64,000 bases of DNA, taken from contig CAVYTU010000013.1 in the NCBI GenBank assembly GCA_963771465.1, positions 384,001 through 448,000 of the forward strand, read 5' to 3'. Within the stretch, counting starts at the first letter, position 1, and each line of letters opens with the position of its first letter. The translations under genes and the position numbers were made by a program. Positions 39,857 through 53,132 of this stretch are shown in pieces. The notes beneath the pieces were generated by a model that saw only the letters and a program-made list of their open reading frames with translations, was not told the origin of the DNA and did not search any database. This stretch comes from an uncultured delta proteobacterium. Lineage in GTDB: Bacteria; Desulfobacterota; Binatia; UBA9968.

Positions 39857-40268
39857 AAAAATTCTCGCGCCGACCGATTTTTCTGAGTTATCGGCCGAAG
39901 GCGTGCGTTACGCGTGTCATCTGGCCAGGGATGTCGGCGCGCACGTGATCGTCTTGAACGTCATCGTACTGGATGAATCCAATACGACCGGGAAGGGCGA
40001 GATGGAGCGGCACAAACAGCGGCTCGAAGAGTTCGTTGGCAAAACCGTTAGCCATCGGGCTGATTTGAAAATCCGCGAAGTCGTCGTCGCTGGCCAGCCC
40101 TACGGCGCCATTGTCAATTGCGCTGAACACGAGAAAGTTGACCTGATCGTCATGTCTACCCACGGTCGCGGCGGCTTATCGCGCATGTTGATCGGAAGCG
40201 TTACCGACAAACTTTTACGCAGCGCGACTTGTCCGGTTTTGGTCGTGCCGGCGGAGAGCAAGCGCTAG
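39843..40268 (+). CDS. Universal stress protein
   Basis: KILAPTDFSELS; DLIVMSTHGRGG..IGSVTDKLL. Confidence 0.92.
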   Translation: MALLKKILAPTDFSELSAEGVRYACHLARDVGAHVIVLNVIVLDESNTTGKGEMERHKQRLEEFVGKTVSHRADLKIREVVVAGQPYGAIVNCAEHEKVDLIVMSTHGRGGLSRMLIGSVTDKLLRSATCPVLVVPAESKR

Positions 40269-40349
40269 CGTTGGGATGTGGCGAGTGAGTGGCGGCCGCC
40301 AAGAGATTCGCGTGGCATCGGTAATCCCGAAGCATCGAGTGACGCCACG

Positions 40350-40616
40350 TCATTTGATATCGGCGATCTTCTTGATGCCGTCGCCCCAATCTTCGACTCT
40401 AAAATCTTCGAACGGTACGACGATGGGATCTTTTTCCTCGATCACAATCATGCGCGTCTTATGTTCGACCAGGAACGAAATTTTCAACAGCAACGAGTCG
40501 TCTCTTACTTCCAGAAGACTAACCTTTTCTTCGAAGTAGGAATATTCCTTGTTGCGCAGAATCTCCTTGATCCTTTCTCGGGTGAGAACTTGTTTGTCGC
40601 CCAAAAAACCGCCCAT
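40350..40616 (-). CDS. Hypothetical protein
   Basis: 88 aa, RBS ggagg, follows the CBS genes on the same strand. Confidence 0.55.
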   Translation of the reverse strand: MGGFLGDKQVLTRERIKEILRNKEYSYFEEKVSLLEVRDDSLLLKISFLVEHKTRMIVIEEKDPIVVPFEDFRVEDWGDGIKKIADIK

Positions 40617-40695
40617 AACACCTCCCGAGTCCTCGCTGCGCGAGGACTCAATTACAAATTAAGAATTCCAGAGTGCAAATGCCGAGTTTCAGATT

Positions 40696-41118
40696 TCACG
40701 CCAAGCTTTCGACGTAGCGTAAAATGTCGGTCGTCGTGACCAATCCCACGACCATGCCGGCGCTGACCACGGGAACGCCGCCGATCTTTTTCTCTGCCAT
40801 GAGATGGGCGACGTCCTTGATCGGCGTGTCGGGTGTGGCAGTCACGACGCGCTTCTTCATCACTTCCTTGATCAAGACGCTTTTTAGCAGCGCGGATTTA
40901 TTCTTCTGTTTGAGGCCGAAGATTTTACCAGCGGCCGCACCGATGAGATCCCTTTCGGTGATGATTCCAACGAGGCGTCCGTCATCGACGATTGGGATAT
41001 GACGGATGCGCCCCAATGAGATGACGTCATTGGCTAAATCCAATGTGTCATTCGGTTGGAGCGTCACCGGACTGCCCATCATGATTTCGCGCGCAACTCC
41101 TTCTTTCCCGTTTTTCAT
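40696..41118 (-). CDS. CBS-domain pair protein
   Basis: IRHIPIVDDGRLVGIITERD; IGGVPVV..VGLVTTTD. Confidence 0.92.
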   Translation of the reverse strand: MKNGKEGVAREIMMGSPVTLQPNDTLDLANDVISLGRIRHIPIVDDGRLVGIITERDLIGAAAGKIFGLKQKNKSALLKSVLIKEVMKKRVVTATPDTPIKDVAHLMAEKKIGGVPVVSAGMVVGLVTTTDILRYVESLA

Positions 41119-41120
41119 GG

Positions 41121-41531
41121 TTACTCCTCCTGTAGCCGATTGAGAAAACAGCGCAGCACGTCGATGTAAGAGACAATTCCCACCAACCCCTCCGCTTCGT
41201 CGACTACCGGTATCGCGCCAAACTTTTGCTCGATCAGCATCTCGACAGCTTCCTGCAAATCATCGCCCGGCGCGACATAAAGCGGCTCCGTGGTCATAAT
41301 GTCGCGCACGGGCGTCTTCAATGCTTTTTCTCTTTCGGGCGAGTTGATCGGTATCGCATCACTCAGGAATCCGTGAATGTCTCGGTCGGTAATGATGCCG
41401 ACCAGTTCATGGTCGTCAACCACTGGAATCTGGCGAATGTTGTTCTCCGACATCAGCTCGTCGGCGACGCCAACGGATTCAATGCTGCTGACCGTCAGCG
41501 GATTAGGAGTCATTACGTCTATAACTTTCAT
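41121..41531 (-). CDS. CBS-domain pair protein
   Basis: IRQIPVVD..LVGIITDRD; FGAIPVVD..LVGIVSYID; RBS gggagg. Confidence 0.92.
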   Translation of the reverse strand: MKVIDVMTPNPLTVSSIESVGVADELMSENNIRQIPVVDDHELVGIITDRDIHGFLSDAIPINSPEREKALKTPVRDIMTTEPLYVAPGDDLQEAVEMLIEQKFGAIPVVDEAEGLVGIVSYIDVLRCFLNRLQEE

Positions 41532-41600
41532 CCAATTATACCTCCCGATAGGCGCCGTGAGTGTCATCATCGAACTCTCCTCATGCCACTCCCTTGTGCT

Positions 41601-41615
41601 GCACTGTCCGTGCCA
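41601..41615 (-). promoter_or_regulatory. sigma54 promoter
   Basis: TGGCAC-GGACA-GTGC. Confidence 0.65.
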
Positions 41616-41770
41616 ACGAACCAGCGAGATTTATGTTCGGTCATTCGCTGCTTGCGAGCGATGTTGCCGGGCTTTTTTTCACCGATGAAAATCGAGCGGT
41701 AAATTTCCGCAATGATGCGAAAATCACTAATAGCTCAGACTAAAATGGCGCTAAAACTAGGTCTATTCGG

Positions 41771-41785
41771 GGGCATGTTTCTTGC
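41771..41785 (+). promoter_or_regulatory. sigma54 promoter
   Basis: GGGCAT-GTTTC-TTGC. Confidence 0.65.
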
Positions 41786-41835
41786 GCGTGCATTTCTCGT
41801 GGTTGCTCATATTGCGACCGGATTAGGAGGCTAAC

Positions 41836-42291
41836 GTGTATAAGCTAAATAAAATCATCGCGCCGACCGATCTTTCCAACCTATCCAGATCGGCGGTGCG
41901 CCAGGCGCTGGAAATCGCCATGGAGCAAGATGCGGCCGTGATCGTCTATTATGTGATCAGCGAAGACGGCGATTGGTTCGGCAAAGATGACGGGCTCAAT
42001 CCCGCCAGCGCCACTGTGCCGCAGCAGAAAGAGCGGTTGCATGCGTTCATCAAAGAAAACTTCGCCGATCTAATCGGTAAGGTAACGATCACGGAAGTTG
42101 TCGAGGCGGGAGTTCCTTACAATAAAATTGTCAAAAAAGCCGAGGAGGAAAAAGCTGACTTGATCGTGATGTCCACCCGCGGCCGCACCGGTATCGAGCA
42201 GATCATGCTCGGTAGTGTGACGGCGAGAGTCGTCGCTCGCGCGGGTTGCCCGGTGCTGTCGATTCGCCCGGCGAAGTCGTCGGCGCATTGA
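41836..42291 (+). CDS. Universal stress protein
   Basis: KIIAPTDLS; DLIVMSTRGRTG..LGSVTARVV. Confidence 0.9.
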   Translation: MYKLNKIIAPTDLSNLSRSAVRQALEIAMEQDAAVIVYYVISEDGDWFGKDDGLNPASATVPQQKERLHAFIKENFADLIGKVTITEVVEAGVPYNKIVKKAEEEKADLIVMSTRGRTGIEQIMLGSVTARVVARAGCPVLSIRPAKSSAH

Positions 42292-42456
42292 GCCAGCACT
42301 TCCGAATAAAGAATCAACCGCAAAGGTCGCAAAATTAAGAAAGCGATTCTGAATTTGGCACGGGTCAATCGGATTGGGCGGCGACATTACCGCGTTGGTA
42401 GATGAAAAAAGATACCCTAATGCGACAACACGGCGCCGCCGACCGCGACTTGGTCT

Positions 42457-43034
42457 TTGAGTAAAATTCCCAGTGGGATGAAGTACATGTTGGCGACGCT
42501 GTGCTCAAAGCCGGCGGCGACGAAGGCTGAGATCGGAAAGACGATGGCGCAGATTTTGTCGACGACGCTGCGGCTCGGCGAGCGCAAGCCAGACGGCCAA
42601 GCAGACCAAAATGTTGCACAGAATGCCTTTGAGAAATGCGTCCCAGAACGGCATCGCCCCTTTTGCGGTGGCGATTTTCACTACGTGAATTCCGACCGCA
42701 TTGCCATTCATCTGCCAGTGGTTCGAGAAATAAACCAGCAGCACCAATCCGAGAGCGCCGGCGAGATTGGCCAGATAGATGACCATCCAGTTCTGCAGCA
42801 GTTCCGCCGTTGTAATACGCCGGTTTGCTCAAGCGGCTGGAAGCGAAGCTTAATGCGGCATCGCTGGTGACCAGGGTAAAATAGAGCGCCCAAGCCGATG
42901 AAGCCGCCGGCGAGGAGCCCGAGCGCGAACTGTGAGACGAGCGGCAGGCGCGTTTTGGCGACGCCAACCGCTTCGACTTTATCGGCGATCTCTTTCGGTG
43001 CGTAGGCGTCGAAGCCAAAGATTTCCGCCATCAA
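42457..43034 (-). pseudogene. Formate/nitrite transporter (FNT) pseudogene
   Basis: FDAYAP..LAGGFIGLG, GILCNILVCLAVW and FVAAGFEHSVANMYF lie in different frames; the middle (LFTGN region) and C-terminus are missing. Confidence 0.8.
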
Positions 43035-43056
43035 AGTCTCTCGATTGGCGCGGTGG

Positions 43057-43464
43057 TTACTTTTGCAGCGTCGCGACGTATTCGGCGATGATTTTGCCTT
43101 TGAGCAGGGTCGTCAGCTCGGGATACTTCTTGCCTTCGCTTTCGCTGCGAAAACTTTCACCCCACACCGGCATGTTGCGATCGCCGTGGCCCCGCACCGA
43201 GCGCCGGCCGTCGATGGTCGCCATGACATCGTCGAGCGGATAGACGCCTTTGTTTTTCTTCGCTAGCCCGGTCAGGTCGGGAACCCGCACTTTGAGATCG
43301 CGACTGACGCTGCCATCTCCTTTGCCGTCCTTGCCGTGGCAGGAGCTACAATATTGGAGATACATCTGATTGCCGCTGCTGCTGCTTTCGGCAGCGAGCG
43401 TTACAGTAAAATAACTGAAGCCCAGTGTCGATGCGATTACCCATACAAACAATTTTCTGACCAT
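43057..43464 (-). CDS. Class I cytochrome c
   Basis: Signal peptide; CSSCHG, PDLT, HGDRNMPVWG. Confidence 0.88.
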   Translation of the reverse strand: MVRKLFVWVIASTLGFSYFTVTLAAESSSSGNQMYLQYCSSCHGKDGKGDGSVSRDLKVRVPDLTGLAKKNKGVYPLDDVMATIDGRRSVRGHGDRNMPVWGESFRSESEGKKYPELTTLLKGKIIAEYVATLQK

Positions 43465-43514
43465 CGATGTTTTCCCTTCTTATGTAAACCGATGCGCAGC
43501 CCAAGCTTTATTTC

Positions 43515-43529
43515 GCAATTTAAGGGCCT
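43515..43529 (-). promoter_or_regulatory. sigma54 promoter
   Basis: AGGCCC-TTAAA-TTGC. Confidence 0.6.
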
Positions 43530-43708
43530 GCGACAAAGCATTGTTTCGCCTAAGGCACGACCCGAAGTGCCGACTTTTTCGCATTGCTGGGAAGTTTTCA
43601 AGTGCTACTTGGCGGATTTGCAAAGTTTCGTCAAGTTGCCCCTAACGCTGCTTTTGCGAACTACGGATTAACTGGGAGAAGTTAAAACCAAATGTCCAAT
43701 GGCTCAGT

Positions 43709-43723
43709 TGGCACTGAAGCTGC
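43709..43723 (+). promoter_or_regulatory. sigma54 promoter
   Basis: TGGCAC-TGAAG-CTGC. Confidence 0.65.
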
Positions 43724-43841
43724 GTCTTATGCGGATTGAAGTCTCACGGGGGATAAAAAGTCCATGACTGACGAGGACGAGTTTTGCGAGACCATGAAAC
43801 TGGTCGAGCGCGCCATTTTTACATTTTTGGAGGACGGTTGG

Positions 43842-44339
43842 ATGCCCGGAAAAATTTACCGCTATCTTGCCGACGATCACCGGCGCCTCGACGCCTTGCT
43901 CGAGCGCGCTATGTCCGACCCGGAGAATGTCGACGCCGCGGCTTATGCCCAATTCCGCTCGGGTTTGCTCAAGCACATTGGAATGGAGGAGAAGGTTCTT
44001 CTTCCTGCAGCGCAAAAGCTCCGCGGCGGCGAACCACTTCCCGTCGCGCCCAGAGTGCGCCTCGATCACGGCGCTTTGGTTTCGCTGCTGGTCCCATCGC
44101 CGACGGTGCCGGTAGTTGCGGCGATTCGCGCGATTCTCAAGGTGCATAACCCGATCGAAGAAGATCGCGGCGGGATGTACGATCAATGCGAGGAACTGGC
44201 TGGAGCTCAAGTGGATCAGATATTGCGTCGGCTCCGGAATTTTCCTGAGGTGAAAGTCTTGCCGCATGTCGACAGCGCGTTCGTTATGGAAGCCACGCGC
44301 CGAGCGTTGGCGCGAGCTGGCTACGATTTGGAAGTGTGA
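43842..44339 (+). CDS. Hemerythrin-domain protein
   Basis: DHRRLD, HIGMEE, DH, HNPIEE; RBS ggagga. Confidence 0.8.
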   Translation: MPGKIYRYLADDHRRLDALLERAMSDPENVDAAAYAQFRSGLLKHIGMEEKVLLPAAQKLRGGEPLPVAPRVRLDHGALVSLLVPSPTVPVVAAIRAILKVHNPIEEDRGGMYDQCEELAGAQVDQILRRLRNFPEVKVLPHVDSAFVMEATRRALARAGYDLEV

Positions 44340-44446
44340 TTTAATTCATGAAAATCAATTGGCCATGCCGCGCTCTTTTTTCTGGATGTTGCGTGTCTCG
44401 CTTGGGTCTTCCTCAACGCCGCTGAATTACTTTGTTAGATATTTAG

Positions 44447-44780
44447 CTATTTTCCCGCCTCAGAATCATAGGTGTAAAGCATGCGCGGCAGCTCGGCTTC
44501 CGCTTCAGTACGGCGCGGGTTCGGATGGCGCAACGCCTGCCAACAGAGCCAGAGCAGAGGTAGAGCTCCGCCTACTATGAATAGAGCGTCGCCCGGCAGG
44601 CGGGACCATTCGAGAACTTTGACCCACGGTAAACCGATAAAGGCCAAACTCCGCGCATACCAGTAGCCTATATCGACGGCATAATAGAGCTGGACAATGC
44701 CGAGCGGAAAAAGATTGGCAAAAGCCATCCACGCTAAACCCATATTCAGAGACCAGAAAGATATTTTTGCGGCGCGATAC
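44447..44780 (-). pseudogene. norB: C-terminal remnant of a quinol-dependent nitric oxide reductase (qNor)
   Basis: SFWSLNMGL..LFPLG..Q..GYWYARS..EWSRLPGD; only ~110 residues, no proper start. Confidence 0.75.
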
Positions 44781-44886
44781 CTAAGGCATTGACAGTAACC
44801 GTTCGTGTGCAAGATTCACCGATTCTTACCACGATCGGGTTCCCTTTGTCTTCTTCCGGATTGGTTGTGAAAATTGAGAATGAGTT

Positions 44887-47460
<2,574 letters not shown>

Positions 47461-47463
47461 GGA

Positions 47464-47757
47464 TCAGTGGCGTGGCAGCTTGTTTGCGTGGCCACTTAGA
47501 AATTCGCCAACCAGCGTCGCGAGATCGGGCTGACTCATCTCTTCGATGTCATAGCGCACGCATTCAGCGCCGCTCAGTTCGGCGGGATAGCAGCGCCCGG
47601 CGATGGCGGGAATCTGCGCGGCGGTGAACGCCACGACTTCATAGGCCGGATCGTCGCGGAAGCAGACGTTGAAATTGTGAAAGTCTCGCCCCGACGCGCC
47701 CATGATGAGCACGCGCTCGCGGTTCTTTGCCGTGTCTTGTTGATCTTGCTTTACCAC
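47464..47757 (-). pseudogene. Internally deleted cyclic 2,3-diphosphoglycerate synthase-like GTPase
   Basis: N-terminal IMGASGRDFHNFN..AFTAAQIP..YP.ELSG fused directly to C-terminal VRYDIEE..P.L; 97 aa, far shorter than the family's several hundred residues. Confidence 0.7.
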
Positions 47758-47805
47758 GGTCGGAGGTTTTTCTTGCGCAGATGGTCCATCACGCTGCTTA
47801 ATTCA

Positions 47806-47820
47806 GCAAGATATGTGCCT
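47806..47820 (-). promoter_or_regulatory. sigma54 promoter
   Basis: AGGCAC-ATATC-TTGC. Confidence 0.7.
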
Positions 47821-48002
47821 GCTACGACGTGCCAATGCGGAGGAAATTGACTGGCTTGCGAGTGGTTTTTCGCAAATCTGCTATGGGCCGGTTTTCCCCT
47901 TCGCAACACTAGGAATGAACCGCACATGCGCGATTGAGATGATTAGGTCAGTCGGTTGCTCTGTCGGTTGATTTGCGCCGTGTCGATGACTATTCAATTT
48001 GT

Positions 48003-49691
48003 ATGGATCATCGAACCGTTGCTTATTTCTCCATGGAAATCGGCCTGGTGACCGACATGCCCACTTATAGCGGCGGGCTCGGTGTGCTGGCCGGTGATAC
48101 GATTCGCGCCGCCGCCGATCTCAAGCTGCCCGTGGTGGCGGTGACGCTGCTGCATCGCAAGGGCTATTTCTACCAACGGCTCGATGCTAGCGGGAGACAG
48201 ATCGAGGAGCCGGTGGATTGGGCGGTGAACGATTTTCTCACGGAGCTGCCACAGCGAGCGTCGGTAACGATCGAAGGGCGCACGGTATTTCTCCGCGCCT
48301 GGAAATACGAGGTTGCCGGCCCGGGAGATTTTTTAGTACCGGTTTATTTTCTCGACGCCGATCTGTCGGAAAACAGTGAGTGGGACCGCACCCTGACAGA
48401 CTATCTATACGGCGGCGATCAGCATTATCGGCTGTGCCAGGAAGTCGTTCTCGGCATCGGTGGGGTGAGGATGCTGCGGGCCATCGGTCTTAACGAGATC
48501 GGACGGTTCCACATGAATGAGGGACACTCAAGTCTACTCGCGCTTGAGCTCTTGGATGAGGAGGTGGCGCGCACCGGCAAGCCAGCCTTAACTCGTGATG
48601 ATATCGAGTCAGTGCGACAGAAATGTGTCTTCACAACGCACACGCCGGTGCCGGCCGGACAGGATCAGTTTCCTCTCGACCTGGTTCATCGTGTTCTTGG
48701 CAAAAAAGAAGTCGAAGAAATGACAGACGTGTTCTGCTTCGAGGGCGTGCTGAACATGACTTATCTCGCGCTCAATCTGAGTCATTACGTTAACGGTGTG
48801 GCCAAAAAACACGGCGAGGTGTCGAGGCTCATGTTTGCCGGTTACAACATCGATGCGATTACCAATGGTGTGCACGCCGCGACCTGGGCCACGGAATCTT
48901 TCTCGCAACTCTATGACCGGTATGTTCCCGGCTGGAGACAGGACAACTGGAGCTTGCGCTATGCGTTGAGCATTCCCAAGCAGGAAATTTGGCAGGCGCA
49001 TTTAGTGTCAAAAAAAGCGTTGCTCCACTATGTCAATCTGGAAACCGACGCGGGCATGGACGGAGAAGTCTTCACCATCGGTTTTGGCCGACGCGCCGCA
49101 TCTTACAAGCGTACCGACCTTTTGTTTTCGGATGTAGAAAGACTCAGAACGATCGCTAGCCGGGCGGGCGGTTTACAAATCGTCTACGCCGGCAAGGCGC
49201 ACCCGCAGGACCAAGCGGGCAAAGAGCAGATTCGTAAAGTCTTCAATGCCCGCGATGCTCTGCGCGATAAAATCAAAATTGCCTACTTGGATAACTACAG
49301 CATGGAGATTGGCAAGCTGATGACCTCCGGCGTCGATCTCTGGCTCAACACGCCGCTGCCGCCCATGGAAGCGTCGGGCACCAGCGGCATGAAGGCGGCG
49401 GTCAACGGCGTGCCGAGCTTGAGCGTGCTCGACGGTTGGTGGATCGAAGGATGTATCGAGGGCGTTACCGGCTGGTCGATCGGTCCGCCCGACGGTGCCC
49501 GAACGCCACCCGCCGACCATAGCAACGACGCAGCCTCGCTCTACGACAAGCTCGAACATATCGTCATGCCGCTCTACGCTTACAATCGCGATGATTTTAT
49601 CGAAGTGATGCGCCATGCAATCGCGCTCAATGGCTCGTTCTTCAACACCCATCGCATGCTGCAGCAGTATGTGTTGAAGGCATATTTCTGA
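48003..49691 (+). CDS. glgP: Alpha-glucan phosphorylase (short form)
   Basis: [43 protein letters not shown] (PLP lysine), LDGWW. Confidence 0.93.
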   Translation: MDHRTVAYFSMEIGLVTDMPTYSGGLGVLAGDTIRAAADLKLPVVAVTLLHRKGYFYQRLDASGRQIEEPVDWAVNDFLTELPQRASVTIEGRTVFLRAWKYEVAGPGDFLVPVYFLDADLSENSEWDRTLTDYLYGGDQHYRLCQEVVLGIGGVRMLRAIGLNEIGRFHMNEGHSSLLALELLDEEVARTGKPALTRDDIESVRQKCVFTTHTPVPAGQDQFPLDLVHRVLGKKEVEEMTDVFCFEGVLNMTYLALNLSHYVNGVAKKHGEVSRLMFAGYNIDAITNGVHAATWATESFSQLYDRYVPGWRQDNWSLRYALSIPKQEIWQAHLVSKKALLHYVNLETDAGMDGEVFTIGFGRRAASYKRTDLLFSDVERLRTIASRAGGLQIVYAGKAHPQDQAGKEQIRKVFNARDALRDKIKIAYLDNYSMEIGKLMTSGVDLWLNTPLPPMEASGTSGMKAAVNGVPSLSVLDGWWIEGCIEGVTGWSIGPPDGARTPPADHSNDAASLYDKLEHIVMPLYAYNRDDFIEVMRHAIALNGSFFNTHRMLQQYVLKAYF

Positions 49692-49699
49692 TGATGCAG

Positions 49700-49726
49700 G
49701 TTCAAGTCGTTCAAAACGTTCAAATC
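49700..49726 (+). repeat. Three copies of the 9-bp GTTCAANNC repeat
   Basis: gttcaagtc gttcaaaac gttcaaatc just after the glgP stop codon. Confidence 0.55.
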
Positions 49727-49974
49727 GTCAGATGCGTGGAGACAATATACTCGACGCTCCAGTTTCAGCTATTGAGACGGCCGCATTACGCCACGACCAC
49801 TACGTCGGACCACTAGACGTCAATCTTTAGCGCACCGCGCTTTTGTTCCGAGCTCTGCGGTTTCTTTCAGCGGCTAAAATTCTCTCCGTTATTGTGACGT
49901 CGATATCTTTAGTTTAGGCTTGAAGGGCAAATTCCTATCGGTGCCCGGGCTATAACCGGAACGGAGGGTGCGCG

Positions 49975-50637
49975 ATGAAAACTCGATGGGTTTGGATTAT
50001 TATAACAGTATTCGCGACGTTTTTTGCTACCGCAGCGGCGCAGGCCGCGCTGCAAGACGATGTCGACCGAGCCGTGTCGATCATCGAGCGCTTCGAGGAG
50101 ATACCCGAAACGGCGATTCCGCCGGCAGTCATGCGCGACGCCAAGGGATTGGCGATCATGACCATCACTAAAGGCGGCTTCGTACTCAGCGGCAGAGGCG
50201 GGACGGGCGTCGTCATCGCGCGCACTGAAAAGGGTTGGAGCGGTCCGTCGGCGATCGGTACCGGTGGTATCGGTGTCGGCTTTCAAGCGGGCGTGCAAGT
50301 CTCCGAGTACGTGATCATTCTTAACACCCAGGAGGCGGTCAACGCTTTCATCCAGGGCAGTAACTTCACGCTCGGGGCCAATCTCAGCGCCGCGGTCGGT
50401 CCGGTCGGCCGCTCCGCCGAGGCGAGCGTCACGCCGCAAGCGGCGGTATACACTTACAGCCGCAGCCAAGGCATCTTCGCCGGCGTGTCATTGGAGGGCA
50501 CGATGATCGCAACCCGTTATACGGCGAACGAGGAATATTACGAAAAGCCCGTCTACCCGAGCGATATCCTCGCCGGCACTGTCAGGCCGCCGGCAGGTGC
50601 GCAGAAGTTGCTCGACGTTTTGGCGAAATACAACTGA
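49975..50637 (+). CDS. Secreted SYLF/Ysc84 lipid-binding domain protein
   Basis: KGGFVLSGRGGTGV, WSGP, GFQAG, YSRSQGIFAGVSLEG. Confidence 0.9.
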   Translation: MKTRWVWIIITVFATFFATAAAQAALQDDVDRAVSIIERFEEIPETAIPPAVMRDAKGLAIMTITKGGFVLSGRGGTGVVIARTEKGWSGPSAIGTGGIGVGFQAGVQVSEYVIILNTQEAVNAFIQGSNFTLGANLSAAVGPVGRSAEASVTPQAAVYTYSRSQGIFAGVSLEGTMIATRYTANEEYYEKPVYPSDILAGTVRPPAGAQKLLDVLAKYN

Positions 50638-50926
50638 GCGAGCTCTGCGCTCAAGACTGTGTTCGAAATATGGCGCCGATGAATGCGGATTCCGCAGCTG
50701 CAGAATCGCATGCGCCGATTGAGGCGCAATCTTTCGGTGGTGAAGATGATGGGCCTGTGCCTCTGAGAAGGCAACCTACGCCCAGCGGATAATTTTAGTT
50801 GGCCGCTGGAACCGCTTGCCAGCCAGGTAGATAGCTTCGACCATGCGACAGAAGAGTCGCCAGGCATAATGGTCATGGAACTAGGCATCGGCGGCCCAAT
50901 ATCAATTCAAAGTCGAGGACAACCCT

Positions 50927-51334
50927 ATGGCCAGTCTGCACAAAGAAATTACCATCGAGAGAAGCAAGCAATCGGTTTGGGATGCGATCCGCGATGTCGG
51001 CGCGATTCAGAAACGTTTGGTGCCGGGGTTCGTAGTCAACTGTCGGCTCGAAGGCGACTGGCGCACTGTTACCTTTGCCAACGGCATGGTGGTGCGCGAA
51101 CTCATCGTCGCCGTCGACGATCAGACGTGCCGGCACGCTTGGTCGGCTCGCGGCGAGCCGCTGACGCACCATAACGCGTCGATCCAGGTTTTCTCAGACG
51201 GCCACGACAAGTGCCGGGTGGTTTGGATAGCGGACTTGATGCCCAATGAAGCTGCCGAAGTTGTCGGTGAAATGATCGACCTTGGTTTAGCCACAATGAA
51301 AGAAACGCTGGAGAGTAACCCGGCCGGTGCGTAG
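50927..51334 (+). CDS. SRPBCC family protein
   Basis: VWDAIRDVG, RTVTFANG..VRE, CRVVW. Confidence 0.85.
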   Translation: MASLHKEITIERSKQSVWDAIRDVGAIQKRLVPGFVVNCRLEGDWRTVTFANGMVVRELIVAVDDQTCRHAWSARGEPLTHHNASIQVFSDGHDKCRVVWIADLMPNEAAEVVGEMIDLGLATMKETLESNPAGA

Positions 51335-51464
51335 CATCACACCGTGTCAAGGTGCTGGAGCGCCGTCGCGAGTAATCGAAATTTAGTACGTAGCCATGCT
51401 CGAGGTCGACTCAGTGCGCGCGAGCATCGATTACTTTCAATAATTTTTTGGAGGTGAAAAAATC

Positions 51465-51839
51465 ATGAGCAAAGTTAATGTTCGATACATCGTTAGCGAT
51501 GTCGATGCCGCGATTCCCTTCTACACCGACATGCTCGGCTTCAAGCTGGAAATGCATCCGGCGCCGGGCTTTGCGAGCTTATCGCGGGGGGATTTACAGT
51601 TGCTGCTCAACCGGCCGGGTGCCGGCGGCGCGGGACAAGCGATGCCAGCCGGTCAGCATCCTGCTCCAGGTGGCTGGAACCGAATCCAGATCGAAAGCGA
51701 GAATCTGGAAGCGACTGTCGCGAGCCTTAAGAGTGCAGGAGTGCGGTTCCGCAATGAAATCGTGACGGGCAACGGCGGCAAGCAAATTCTAATCGAAGAT
51801 CCGTCCGGCAATCCGATTGAGTTGTTTCAACCCTTCTGA
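51465..51839 (+). CDS. VOC/glyoxalase family protein
   Basis: VSDVDAAIPFYTDMLGF; EDPSGNPIELF. Confidence 0.9.
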   Translation: MSKVNVRYIVSDVDAAIPFYTDMLGFKLEMHPAPGFASLSRGDLQLLLNRPGAGGAGQAMPAGQHPAPGGWNRIQIESENLEATVASLKSAGVRFRNEIVTGNGGKQILIEDPSGNPIELFQPF

Positions 51840-51973
51840 GCAGGACGAAGAAGTGGACCGAAACGCGAGGCAGTGGCTCTACTCCTACAATTGCGTCTGG
51901 TCGTGACAACGCAATCTACCGAGCGCTAGTGCGGACACAGCGGTCGCCAGTGACCGAAATATATTCTTTGGAA

Positions 51974-52417
51974 ATGCTTGAGGTCACAAAGCTACTAGCG
52001 ACCTTTTGTTGCGGTGTGTTCTTCGGCGCGGCGCTCTACATCTCGCTCGTGCAGCACCCGGCGGCGCTGGAGATCGGTGACGAGTTCGCGGCGCGTTTCT
52101 TTCGCCCGATGTATCGGCGCGCTGCTAGGCTGCAGGCGAGCCTTGCTCTAGTTGGGTGCGCAAGTGCGAGTGTGGCCTGGCTCAGCGGGGCCGGCGCGCT
52201 ATGGTTGGCCGCTGCCGTTCTCATCGGCAGCGTGGTTCCGTTCACGCTCATTGTGATTAAACCCGTCAACGATGCTTTGCTTCAGAATCGTGACGCTGCG
52301 TCGGAAGTCGCTGTCCTGTTCACACGCTGGGGTTATCTTCACTGGGCTCGCACCGTCGCCAGTGGACTGGCGTTCCTATTGTGCCTCATCGGTTATGACG
52401 TGCGAGCACAATTCTAA
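51974..52417 (+). CDS. DUF1772-like membrane protein
   Basis: GAALYISLVQHPA, PFT...PVN, RWG.LH.ART. Confidence 0.8.
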   Translation: MLEVTKLLATFCCGVFFGAALYISLVQHPAALEIGDEFAARFFRPMYRRAARLQASLALVGCASASVAWLSGAGALWLAAAVLIGSVVPFTLIVIKPVNDALLQNRDAASEVAVLFTRWGYLHWARTVASGLAFLLCLIGYDVRAQF

Positions 52418-52847
52418 CGGCCGTCGCGGGTGTTAGACTAAACTCAGCCAACTTTTAATCCGCAGTGTAGTCCGGGAAGACCAGACGTCACCGAGATGAA
52501 TTTGCTCATGCGTTTTTCTGCTTCTTGATGACGATGCCACGCGGTTCTCTTAGCTTCTGGTTACACTTTGTACACCGGTAGCGGTAGGGTGGTTCGTTGA
52601 TTTCTTCCAATAGGTGATAGCAAATCTTTTTCCTCGTCTTGCGATTCATCACTACTTCCAACGCCGACATCGGATGACGATTTCCCATCCGATGTCGCAA
52701 CCTAAAAATATTTCAGTTGGCCCGATGTATTGATAGACGAAACTGCGATGCGTTCGTTACAGATCGAGTATCAAGAGAAAGTTCTACGAGGCAGAAATGG
52801 AGATTGGCGAGATTTGAACCGGCGCTCTCGAAGGTAATGCCAGGCAA

Positions 52848-53066
52848 CTATGAGTTGATCGGAGTGGAGTGATTCTGTGGTGCTCTCTTTATTCTCCAGA
52901 ACCGATATTTGCATTCCGTACAACGGAAAGGCTGAAGGTACGCAAGACGCAAGAGCGCCGGAATCAGTGGAAAGCGACGAGATGCCCTCACTGCGGCGCT
53001 GTCGCAGCGTGGACAAATTGGGGGATTTTGATAGGTTTCTGATGGCATCTTTACCGGAAACGCCAT
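52848..53066 (-). CDS. Small zinc-ribbon protein (paralog of 56774)
   Basis: CPRC..VRASR..PFRCTECKYRFW. Confidence 0.65.
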   Translation of the reverse strand: MAFPVKMPSETYQNPPICPRCDSAAVRASRRFPLIPALLRLAYLQPFRCTECKYRFWRIKRAPQNHSTPINS

Positions 53067-53117
53067 AACCAATAATATCTGAAGTCCCTTGCAATAATGG
53101 CTTTGGATAAAGTTAGA

Positions 53118-53132
53118 GCAAGCAGTAGGCCA
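53118..53132 (-). promoter_or_regulatory. sigma54 promoter
   Basis: TGGCCT-ACTGC-TTGC. Confidence 0.7.

Noticed and set aside
42355-42372. TGGCAC as a sigma54 box (also near 55739 and at 47821-47834)
   Set aside because: The -12 GC is absent or wrongly spaced
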